NCBI GenBank assembly: GCA_030704615.1
Contig: CM060734.1
Coordinates: 2,666,001-2,730,000 of the forward strand
Length of the DNA stretch: 64,000 nt
Direction of reading: 5' to 3'
Source: Takakia lepidozioides
Lineage: Eukaryota; Plantae; Bryophyta
Part shown: piece by piece, positions 52,344 to 63,250 of the stretch
Layout of the letters: the number at the start of each line of letters is the position of its first letter
How positions within the stretch are numbered: position 1 is the first letter of the stretch
Program-made: the position numbers and the translations under genes
Notes under the pieces: model-generated
Told to the model about the DNA's origin: nothing
Databases searched by the model: none
What the model saw: only the letters and a program-made list of their open reading frames with translations

Positions 52344-53735
52344 GTGACTGCTAAGGAAAGAGATCGGATCCTACAACGAGCCAAGAGGTTCAAGTGGGAA
52401 GGGACTCACCTACTCCGGGTATGGGAGGATGGACGAGTGAGGATTGTGCCTAATCCAACACAACGAGCGCGATTGGTATGCCATGCCCATGAGGAGTTGG
52501 GACATTTTGGGGTGCGGCGCACTCATAGTTTGCTGCAAGGGCAGTATTGGTGGCGGGGCATGCACACGGATGTGCAACAGTTAGTGGCAAGGTGCATGGT
52601 GTGTGATAGAGTGCGGGCTTCTTTCAACGCCCCTACTCCACAATTGCATCCTTTACCCATTATGGGTTTGGGCTATCGTTGGAGTCTTGACTTCGCAGGC
52701 CCATTGCCACTGACGATTCGCCATAACAAGTATGTGTTGGTGATGGTGGAACACTTCTCCAAATGGATTGAACTGGTGGCATTGCCTGACAAGGCAAGTG
52801 AGGGGGCTGCGTATGCATTCTTAGATCGAGTGCTTAGCCATTTTGGTGCTCCAGCCGAGGTACTCACGGACCAGGGGAGAGAATTCTTGGGGGAGTTTCA
52901 GGCTTTGTGTGAGCAAGCCTTGATAGATCACCGCACTACTTCTCGGGATCATCCCGAGGCTGATGGCTTGGCGGAGAGAGTTGTTCAGACAGTCAAGAGA
53001 GGTTTGCGCAAGTACGGTTTGCAGAAGGGACACCTAGGAGATTGGGACCTTCAGCTGCCTTGGCTAGCTATGGGCTATAGGTTCAGCAAACAAGCTTCAC
53101 TTGCCTCATTCTCACCTTATTTCCTTCTCTTTGCCCGAGAGCCAGATTTGCCTGCATCTATTCGCAGGGAGACTGCAGTAGTCCTCAACCTTGATGATCC
53201 GGATGTGTGGACACAAGCATGTGCCCAGCGGGCAGAGTTGTTCAAGATAGTCATGCCTATGGCTTTTGAGAACCTTGCTATTGCCCAACACCGAGACACA
53301 TTGAGGTATGCCACTGTACGTGGAGGGGGATATCGGCCAGATGTTTGGCGTTTCCACCCTGGGGACTATGTGTATCTGCAGCAGACAACGCCTACGACTT
53401 TGGATGTCACAGCAGGGCGTGTGATTCTAAGGGTCCGAGAGGTGTTGCCTTCAGGAGAGTTGATTCTGGAGGGTCGAGATGGCATGGTATGGAAGGACCA
53501 TGTGCGCAATTGTGCGCCATGTTACCTTCCACATGTGGATGGGAGGATAGATCCCAACCTTGCAGTGGTACCTGCAGGGTTGCGTTGCATGCTATGTGGG
53601 CATGCCGGTGGTGCCGTAACCATGCTGGTGTGTGACAAATGCTCAAGGGGGTGGCACATGGGATGCTTGACACCGCCACTTGAGGAGGTTCCTAGTGGAG
53701 AATGGTTGTGTCCACGATGCCTTGGACATAGGTAG
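52344..53735 (+). CDS. Retroelement integrase with C-terminal PHD finger
   Basis: AHEELGH...CMVC; WSLDFAGP; TDQGREF; ADGLAER; CMLC...MLVCDKCSRGWHMGCLTPPL...WLCPRC. Confidence 0.9.
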   Translation: MTAKERDRILQRAKRFKWEGTHLLRVWEDGRVRIVPNPTQRARLVCHAHEELGHFGVRRTHSLLQGQYWWRGMHTDVQQLVARCMVCDRVRASFNAPTPQLHPLPIMGLGYRWSLDFAGPLPLTIRHNKYVLVMVEHFSKWIELVALPDKASEGAAYAFLDRVLSHFGAPAEVLTDQGREFLGEFQALCEQALIDHRTTSRDHPEADGLAERVVQTVKRGLRKYGLQKGHLGDWDLQLPWLAMGYRFSKQASLASFSPYFLLFAREPDLPASIRRETAVVLNLDDPDVWTQACAQRAELFKIVMPMAFENLAIAQHRDTLRYATVRGGGYRPDVWRFHPGDYVYLQQTTPTTLDVTAGRVILRVREVLPSGELILEGRDGMVWKDHVRNCAPCYLPHVDGRIDPNLAVVPAGLRCMLCGHAGGAVTMLVCDKCSRGWHMGCLTPPLEEVPSGEWLCPRCLGHR

Positions 53736-53992
53736 TGGGCATGACAATGGTGAGGTGGACAAGTGATCCAAGGTCTAGCTAGTGGGGCTTCAATGCCATG
53801 GATACTCAACTGAAGATCATGGATTGCATAAAGGCGACTAACGATGGGGCTACGTTTGCACCCGACATCTTGATCTATCGTCTTTAGGTGTTGGGACTTG
53901 TGCAATTGAAGACCAAGCGATGATCTTATTGAGATGGATACTTGTCAGCTATCTGGTGTTAGAGGGACCTAAGTACTAGCTAGGGGGGCGAT

Positions 53993-54519
53993 TGTGACAT
54001 AGTTTTCTAGGATTGTGTGCTTAGAATGTATGGTGGATAGCGATGTATGTTGTGGCACGATGCTTAGGTGCACGTTTTAGTCATGGTTAACTAGAATTAC
54101 CTACTTCTAGTTAACTAGGAAATTTTGGATATTTATATTTGTATTTTGTGTGTTGGGACTTCATTTGGTCTCACATGCCAAATGAGGTGTCAAACCTCAC
54201 TTGGGACATGGGGATGGGTTTTCCCCTTGTGAGCGTTGAGGAGGGCTCATCTTCTTGTAGTTGAGCCTCCATGAGCCTCTCCCACCTCCATAGCTCTAGG
54301 TATTGATAAGGAATGTGGTGAGGGCTTTGTAGGGTGGATTCTCTTAGCAAAGGTGCCCTTGGCTTGACTTAGTTTATGTGATTGAGTGGATTCATGAGTG
54401 GAGTGTTTCCCTTGTGTTCACCTTCATTATCTATTATGGCATAGCTTTCTAGGATTGTGTGCTTAGAATGTATGGTGGACAACGATGTATGTTGTGGCAC
54501 AATGCTTAGGTGCATGACA
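53993..54519 (+). repeat. 3' LTR of the PHD-gypsy element
   Basis: TGTGACA follows the PPT and the LTR ends ...atgaca at 54519. Its first ~80 bp are repeated at its end (54434-54516). Confidence 0.7.
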
Positions 54520-57500
54520 AGTGGATCAACTGTGGAATCAACAAGTCTGCCTGCTTGACGTAATTTGAATTTTGAATGTTCCTTTACGAAGCAGAATGCC
54601 TGAAAGATAAGAGTCTGCAAATAAGGAAATGAGAACGTGAGAGGTGGCCTACATGTACATGGGCAATTTCGGCGCAAAAATTGGCAGAACAGAGGAATAC
54701 CGCAGCATACCTTGTGACCCTCGTTGACAAGACCCTGCGTGTTGATGCAAGTCTAGATCTTCTTTAGGATGGGTGCTACACTTCTCCTTGTCCATACTTT
54801 GATATCATTCTCAGTGACTTCTCCATCGGCTGCTAGCACAACAATACAGCTGTCGTCGTCCAACATGTTGGCTGCAAACCCGAATGTATGGCTCCAGTAT
54901 CTTTCGTCGTACTTGTTCCACCACGGTAGTGAGCCCAGTCCCAGTATCTCCTGCCCATCCGGGATATCCACAAGGATCATGTCAATGGAGGCTTTCACCG
55001 CCCTGCCCCCGACTGTGCTCTTTTTACCGTGGCTCATCGCCACAAAATACTCCATCATCTTTGTGTAGCCGGGAGTGTCCTCGATATCATTGCCAGTGGC
55101 CTTCCTCTTCCCCTTCCCCTGGTGGGCCTCGATCGCCTTCCTCAATCTCGTTTTCTCCAGCCTTCTGGTCAGAGCAGTTAGGAAATGTTCATTAACACAC
55201 TTCACAATTGTGGGTGTTTTGAGGACTTCCCTGCCCGCAATGTGCACCGCACGGTAGGGTCTGCCAGGTGCATCCTTGTATAGTGATCTCTTCGCGCCTG
55301 AACCCCAGAGCGCTGGCCCTTGTGAATTTTTGGACAAGGTGTGGCCCCCTGGGTGTTATCCTGCTGGAAATCGTCGTCGGAATCCTCGTCATCTGGCTGA
55401 CTATGTTGCTGCTTCTTCGTGTTCTACGAAGGCCATCGCAAGGTGGACTCTGAGTGCCATGAACGGACATGCTTGCTGCGAGTGCCTCCGCCTACTTCTC
55501 CATCTGTTCCTTCGCCAACGCTGCCGCCTTGGCAGACTTTCTCAGTGCTTTCTGCTTTGCTGCCTCCTCTGCTTTCAGTTTTGCCGCGTCCTCTGGTTGG
55601 GGATCCAAATGCGCCTTCATAGCCTGGCATTTGCTTCCTTCTTCAAGTTAACCTCCGAGAGGTCAACGGTCCCACTTGGGAGATCCACATACCAGGGACA
55701 GTCTACCAAATGCTCGGCATGTCACTCCTTTGCCATGACTTCTGTGTACATCGTACCATGTCCTCCAGGTGTCCTCCACGCCAGGAAGAATGGTGGAACT
55801 CTTTGAATGGCTCCGGATGGAATGAGAGCAAAATTTATGTACCTGCAATCACGAGCCACTTCAACAGAAATCATGCTACTGATGCATCATGCAAGAGGAA
55901 GTTCTGAATGCAGAAGGTATTTCGGCACCGAAATACGGAATGGAGAGTGCCCCAATTACCCAACATTCACATTTTGCAGAGGGATATTTCGGCGCCGCAA
56001 TACCCACCGCTGCTTGGCTAAATTCTCAAAACTCCAAAGAGGGGGATGCATTGGCAGCAGATTACATGAACAGGACTCGCATTGCCGCTTTGTCGGCACC
56101 CTCCTGCTCTTCGATGTATACGCTGCATCTTACCTTTGCAATTTCTCTGAAAAAGAGGTTTGCAAAGTGCCCTCGCCAGGACTGCACGTAGTTCTCCATT
56201 GTCTCCGGTTTCGTCCAGTCGATCTGTAACTTGAAAGTGGTGGTGTTGCAATCCAATTGCTCTTGGGCGTGGGTCAGTACTTGCAGCATTGCAGGTCTCC
56301 AAAACATTCATGAATTTGAAATTGCGATGATGTCCAACACACAAAAGAGGAGGACATTATACCTGATGCCACCAAGTCATCACATTTAGCCAATCGTTCA
56401 TTTTGTCGTCAGTTGGCTCGATGGGAAAGTGGTACAGCAGCTTCGTGTTTGTATGGCCGTTCCAGATTTGCAGCCACCTCGTCTGTATGGCCTAACATCG
56501 GTCAAACAAAAGAACCTCATCATGAGAATCGCGAGAAGACAAAACAAGAACAAACACATGCTAACCTTCTCCGCCGGCTCAACACAGGACACTGCGATAT
56601 GATGAAGTTTCTCCATGGACATTTCCGGTTTCATGGGTCTGGAGTAATTAGTCCTATCTCCGCTAGGAACTCGGCACCAAGGCCAGGGTCAGCGATTGCA
56701 ACTTGCTTCACAGGACCTGTACTTGGTCCGTGATTGCCTCCCTGCCTGCAGAATGTGACTCTCTATCGACGCGTCCGCATTTTTGGGGGCATCACTCTCA
56801 AAGAACTGCCTTTTGGCATAGGCCAAGTCATCCCTAATGTTCGTCTGCATTCCCATACCCAGCGGATATCCTCACCGGATAGAGGATCTCCACCATGGTG
56901 TCCAGTGTTGGTCGGTACCAGGTGCGATCCGCTTTCGCAAGGGACTTCCTGTACAAATTTTGGAAGTACGTCAACGGTGCTGTGCCCACTTCTTGCACTC
57001 TGTAGAGCGTATGTACCAGGTGAGTTCCACGAAAGCCTTCTCTGTTACCCTGCCACGGAGAAAAAAAGAGGAACAACATGAAATTATGATACGAAAATAA
57101 CCAGATTTCAGCACAGCAATCCAATTTCCAGTTCATACAGTGGGTGACTGTCAGGATCATTGCCTATTTTGGCGCCGCAATAGGCACTACAGAAGGATAT
57201 AGTAGTGTACTTAAAGATTTATATCCGCCATGGCACCTTTTAGCAGTCCTCTGTCCTTCACGACAATGTAGTCCACCATGTAATGCCAGTCGATATCTTG
57301 CGGATGCATTTCAGCTATGTACTCTGTCCAGGCAAGCATCTTGTGGTTCCTGTCCCAGACGAACAACATCTTCCCTGCCATGTGTGCGAATGTGGGATTA
57401 GTCTTCAGAGAGGCTTCAAACTCGGCATTTACAGTGTGCCAGTGGGGGCTCCAATTCTCTAGCCCCTCTGTAGTGGGGCCCCTTGTGACACCCTGGTCAT

Positions 57501-58206
57501 TCTCAATGGAGACGTAAAATGCTGCCGATCCCCGTCTGTACCCCTCTTTGAAGTTGTGCTTCAGTCGGTCGATGTCCCCTGGCAGTGCTTGCTTTACTAC
57601 TGGAAGGCTAACCATGTGACACAAAGGAACTTTCAGATTCTCAGGATATACCATGGAGCCCAAAACGCGGCCTATGTTGCTATGAGTCTCTGCCAGCAAC
57701 CTGTTTGCTGCTATGTTCATGTCTCGTGCGCTCATGAACATACCTGCCACCAGTTTCTGACTTCTCTCACCTCTCTCACCAGCTTGTCTGCTGTCCTGGA
57801 GGTTTTGCTCCTCCGCGAGCTCCACGAGGTTCGGATCTCATGGGAAGTCATCAAGTCGCACCACGTTGTCGTCCTCAGCTTCTGTCAACTCAATGGGCTG
57901 CCCTTCTGTAGATCCGAGTCCGACATCTCCATCGGCCTCCAACGCATCCGTGTTTTGTGAAACTGCCTGCAAACCCAATATCTCGACTTCTAGTCTCCCA
58001 AGTGGTTTTACAGGCGAAGCCATGGGCTCCTTTTGCTTCCTCGGCTTCCGGACTCTAGGTGGGCTTTTTTGAGGCGATTTCTGAGGTGTTCTGTGAGGAG
58101 TCGCCTGCCTTGATGCACTTCCACCTTGCGAGCGCAGCACCTGGGCAGGAGTATCCAAAGTTGACTGTGTTGGGTCGCCCCCCTGCGATCCCTCCCCAGC
58201 TCCCAT
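54520..58206 (-). pseudogene. Spliced gene for a ParB/sulfiredoxin-like domain fused to an amino-DNA-methyltransferase-like (beta-class) domain, 3'-truncated by the LTR
   Basis: ATG at 58206, in frame through one TGA (57840-57838) into ORF 57211-57825 with IDRLKHNFKEGY...FYVS...LFVWDRNHKMLAW (ParB DGNHR motif at 57360-57328). Several introns follow. ORF 54753-55337 has SIDMILVDIPDG...WN.....Y....FGFAANMLDDDSCIVV (motifs IV-VI), then an exon TLIFQAFCFVK. Confidence 0.65.
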
Positions 58207-58874
58207 GTCAAACAAACAGGAAAACATGGCACACTGCATGCAAAAAAAAATGTGTAAAAGGAATAGTGTGTATGGAGGGCTTAACATTCGCGAAGCACGA
58301 ATCTCTCACTGGTGGGCGATCCGAGTCTCCGGATAACGAGGTCTGCATTTCCTGCATGAGACGGAGCTTCGGTCGTGTTGTCGGCGGCTTCCCAAAATCC
58401 CGCGTCCTCCTTCTCTGCGCCGGAGTCGCCTGATCTTCCACAAACTCTAGGCTAGCACTATGCTGCATAAGGAGAGGAAACGCGGGAGAATGTCACCGCA
58501 GAAGGGCAAGGAGCGAGAGAGCGAAGCGGTGGAACATGCAACCACTGTGCACGAGCAGATGCGCAAGCAACCATGTCTCCCCAAGCGTTGCCACCATCCA
58601 CCACTTTCCGCCGTATGGGTGATGAAGAGATTGCGACCCCTGACACGTTCGGACGGATGAAGTCGCCTAGAACGCGACGCGTGCCTGTTCAAGCCACCAG
58701 TAGAAGACGCTTTATCCGAATTGCGCCGCCGAAATACCGTTCCGTTCACCGGATGCTGTTCCCGGAGCAGCCGGCATTGAATGCACTATCTGTACATCAT
58801 GAAACCCAACCGCCATGAAATCAAACCACCAACCGACATTCAACAGTCAGGTCGACAGGTTTCATCAGCGGATG

Positions 58875-60230
58875 GATGAATTTCGGCGCCAAAATTCATC
58901 TTATGCAAGTGCTTTCATACACAAATATTTGAATTTTGGCGCCGAAATTCATCGCTTCCCCAGTCCTCATCCGTCATGAGCACACCTGTCAGTCGGATAT
59001 CGGATCAGGAATTAATTCCGGAACAGTGCAGAACGTTGCACTTGGGCACATTTCATCCATATTTCGGCGCCAAAATTCATCGCTTCCCCAGTCCTCATCC
59101 GTCCTATCAGTCGGATATTGGAACCGGAATTAATTTCGGAACAGTGCAGATAGCTGCACTTGGGCACATTTCATCCAAATTTCGGCGCCAAAATTCATTA
59201 AGAATATCTCCATCCGCGCGCAAACGAGGTGAAATCATCCATATTTCGGCGCCGAAATACATTCAGCCCGAAAAATAAACCGGCACCATGCCACGCTTTG
59301 CTGGCATGAGTGCCCCTCATGGTTGCTGTCCATGCCTGTTGGACGTGCCATGTCTGGACTGTTAAGTATAATTTCGGCGCCGAAATTATACTTTATTTGC
59401 GGCAACCTCCTGTACGAAAAATGACCACTTAATGGATACGGTCGGTTTCAAATGAAAACAATGGCTGAAATGCAATTAATTTTCCCTAACTTGAGAAAAT
59501 ATCCCCTTACGTCATAGGATAATGGCCTTTTGGAAGACATAAGTGGTTAAATGTGTCGATTTCTCCATTTAATGCAGAATATTCGTGTTTTCTCTGTTTG
59601 AATGGGTTATTTCATCCGATTTTCGGAGCCATACATCATCCAAAAGCAAGAAGTAAGTGTGGGGTCTGATGAATTTCGGCGCCGAAATTCATCGCTCGCA
59701 AGGAAAAATAAATAATGAAGGAAGGACTTCGGATGAATTTAGGCGCCGAAATTCATTGGCAGGACAGCAAAAGACTTTCGAAAAAACAGAAGAAGAATGC
59801 GAAATTCATCCACCGTCCTCCCTCCAATAATATTTTGTCTATGCGAACGATGAATTTCGGCGCCAAAATTCATCCCTACTGTCTATTCAGGGTTACCGTT
59901 CGGCAAATAAATCCTTACACGTGGTGAATCATGACTCTAATTACGAACACATTCATCCGTATTTCGGCGCCAAAATTCATCCTTTATGTGCAGAAACAAT
60001 TTCATGAAGAACATGTTCATCCGAATTTCGGCACCGAAATCCATCCATCGGGTGTAGCTCAGTTTCATGAGGTGAACTAATTCCGAATTCTGTCACCGGA
60101 ATTCATCCCGTGGCTTCCAAATCTGTTACATGACAGAGATGTTCATCCAGATTTCGGTGCCGAAATTCATGAGAAGGCCTGATTTATTGTAGCCCAACTG
60201 GTGGTACATCACAATTCAGGCACCCAATTT
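58875..60230. repeat. Array of ~14 palindromes, core ATTTCGGCGCCGAAAT, in the divergent intergenic region
   Basis: Copies near 58875, 58931, 59061, 59178, 59242, 59364 (perfect 30 bp), 59668 (perfect 26 bp), 59733, 59849, 59961, 60023 and 60151, plus degenerate ones. Some lie inside ~120-130-bp and ~65-bp tandem units. Confidence 0.95.
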
Positions 60231-60417
60231 CCGATGTGAATTTGTTGTGGTCGTCCGTATTTGTCACGTACGTTACACACCTTTATCCATACGTGCACTG
60301 ATCACCCATCCTGTTGGATACAGAATCCTCCAGAAAATGATTGTGGTATTATGTAGGACACACTCTTCTCACTACAGGACTTCACTGCGGAGCCTACCGA
60401 GAGTTGCTGTCTTCAAC

Positions 60418-63250
60418 ATGGACTCCCGTGTTTGGGTAAACGTGTACTTCCATCCTAATTCTCTGAAAGCTAAAATACCCTGCGACCAAGGATTTGCGAT
60501 TGTCACTTAGCAGTACTTGTGTGTGAAGTTCGGGCTCCGCCCTGGAACGGTGTTTTTGGAAGAGGAGACGAAGGATGCTTATGGGAATTTTCTGGAAAGT
60601 GCCGTCATTCTGCATGCAGATTTCGGAAAGGGCAAAGAGTGGCGGCTCCCAGCTTCTGAATCCATCCGGTACAGTGCAATTGGTGAAATCGTGCCTAAAG
60701 AGTTCTCACCCTAGAACTTGGTTGATCCTCCTTCCACAAAAGGGTCCGGCGTGCAAGATGTGAAGTCTGCCATGAGAGATGCGGGCACCTCTTCACAAGC
60801 AGAGAAGCCCAAACATGTGAAAAGGGAAATGGAGGATTTGCCGCTCCATAGCTCATCGGTGGGTGCACTTTCCAGGGAAACAATCGTCCACAACTTATCC
60901 AGTGACGATGAAGACTGTATGGTCCTTCCATCATATGTTTCGAAGTCGTCCGTCAGTAGGAGTGTGCAGATGTTGGCAGACAATGAGCACACACCCTCGG
61001 ACTCAACTTCCATCCACTCAGTAATCGACATATTGCGGAGGATGAAGACAGCGGGTTCCCGCTCCAGTGACCTTCTTAGGCTTGATTACGACAAAACTCC
61101 AATCCATTCTGTGGAAACTTTGCCTGAAGTTGTGGATGGGAATGCTATCTACCCATGGTGTGTCACCAAAACTTAATCGTCCAATCTGGGTGATGGAGTT
61201 CGAGTGAGATATGTATTGTGTGCTGGACATCTTAAATGTTTCTCGAGCACATGTTACCACTACACGAGCAAAGACATCTGGAATGAGACAGACTGATTCG
61301 TCGACCCCATTTTGGCCTCAAGGTAGAGTTCGTGCAGGGACTTTCAAGTGTGCCCATTGCAACGCAGCCCCTATGTGCATGGCAGTGTGCAACGCCAAGC
61401 AGTACTACATCGGGACCGTCGGCCCAGCGTGCACCAGAGCATGCATTCACATCGGAAAGCATGACCACCCCATCGCCAGAGGCAATTGCAGAGTCGCTTT
61501 TCAACAAGCCCACAATATTATCAAGGAGGAGGTGAGGTTGAGGCCGGGAGCAAAACCAAAGCAGATACAGCTCGCATCCGCACATAGAATTGCAATAGGC
61601 AGAATAATGTCGAAGGACGGAAGCACAAGAGAGAAGCTAGGCGAGGGGGACATGAAAGAGCTGCTAGAAGTTGTCTCCCATGTGTGCAGCCCCAATGTCA
61701 GGAACCACATTGTCGGCTGCAAGAAACGAATCGGAAGAGGATCAGACATGCACTCCATCTTGGAAATGAAGCACACATGCGGCTACGACTTCATCCAGGG
61801 CAGCTTCTTTCCTGGTCAAGGCTCAGAGACGGACAGGTGCTTCATATTTAAGATGTCAACATGCGGACCGGGGAGCAGTGTCGATTTGGTGAAGCGGATG
61901 ACCACTTGAGACCTCTCAAATTGCTAGGTCATGTTCGACCACATTAGGCGAATTACCAACCACGATTGGGTGACAATGGGGGCACATGTATACGACCCAC
62001 ATTGCAGAAAGTTGATGACCATTGCTATCTACGAAATGAAAGGAGAAGACACAGATTTGGAGTTGCATATGTGGCGCGAAATTAATGAGCAAATGGCGAG
62101 AGCGAAGTTGTCCCCTCCCGATTTTAGGGGCTTCATGGCTGGCAATGCCCAGGCGAACTGGGCTGCAGTGAGAAGGGTATATGGGGACGACCCAAAGACT
62201 CCAATGGAAGGTAAGAAGAGATCTTGCGGGTTTCACTTCATGCAGAGTTTGACGCAAAACACGAAAAGGTTCGTGGCGTCACGCCACTGGCAATATCATA
62301 TCAGTATGTGCCTTGCATGGAAAAATGCGAATTCCATCGACAAGGCGGAGACCGAGTTTGCAACCATACGCGCCCGGTGGGTGTAAGTCTTCAGGGGCAG
62401 TGGATGTGAAAGATCAGCCAGAACTGCAAACATGGCTTGCGTGGTGGCACTATAGATTCCGCCAGTTTGGAGACTACATGAGATAGGTAACACATTTCTG
62501 TACTTGACAATTGTTCTGTTTTGTGCTTGGACACTCTCCACAATGAGTGACATTTCTAATTTCCTTCAACAGGACATGAGCTTGGAGGATGACACGGAAT
62601 GCCGACGACGAACATGGCCGAATCGGTGCACTCTTCCTAGCGTGCTTCCTCTGCGGCACATCTCGTTGACAAGTTGACAGCAACAACAGAAGATATAGTG
62701 AGATCTTACCCTGGAGGAGGCAGACGCTCTAGGATGTGCAGGGTTTCGACTGGTGGAGATGATAGACGTTCCACGAAATCCAATTCCCAGTCGTCATCCT
62801 CCTCCCACGAGAAGCTCTTCACCCCGCATACCGGTGGGTGACCTCGCAGCTTGGCCCACCCATTGGTGGGGAAAACTGAAAAGACGGCGGCCACCATCAA
62901 AGGCGAACGACACCAGGATGGCCAATACTCTTGCAATGCCCTGCATAGTGCAAGGTTGCAGGGATGTTCCTCACCCTGGGATGGGGCGCATATTTCAGTT
63001 GTCAACAACCGAGTCTGCTGCGCGCAGTGTTGTGTATGCAATCACGGTTTCTCAGTACCCAGCCTGCAACTATGAGGACTTCCTTGTTATGGAATCGAAG
63101 AATGCAGCATACGTCCCCTGCAAACACCTTTATTACATTTTTCTGAAGCGCATGAGTTGCATATCTGCAGTGGACGTCTTCATCCATGCTCCAACACTGA
63201 GCTTCAACGAGCTGCACAAGGCCTACGGCAGGATACAGGTCAGACTGCTT
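60418..63250 (+). mobile_element. Mutator-like transposase with GCM-like zinc domain, DDE core and SWIM finger, copy B, decayed
   Basis: ATG at 60418; W...RYVLCAGHLKC...C...CAHC...C...CNAKQY...RACIHIGKHDHP; MFDH; FMAGNA (D2 mutated); SCGFHF; an intron at ~62487-62571; TTNMAESVH; SWIM CNYEDF...PCKHLYYIF. Colinear with copy A. Confidence 0.85.

Larger units (their letters stand above)
50046..54519 (+). mobile_element. Ty3/gypsy retrotransposon with PHD-finger integrase and a C5-DNA-methyltransferase stump; RT deleted
   Basis: Protease VLLDSGA (ORF 50796-51281); GICLLDLFGGMS at 51563-51598; an unrelated insert at ~51600-51930; RNase H end DHQPLKWL...DADGLSR; integrase-PHD ORF; PPT aggggggcg at 53982-53990; LTR 53993-54519. 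Confidence 0.9.

Noticed and set aside
54520-58206. Bacterial or phage contamination
   Set aside because: The ParB-MTase-like gene has GT-AG introns, is interrupted by a plant-type LTR element and shows methylation-type decay.
58875-60230. CRISPR array or integron attC array
   Set aside because: Spacing is irregular, the spacers are themselves tandem duplicates, copies also occur in introns, and no cas or integron integrase gene is nearby.
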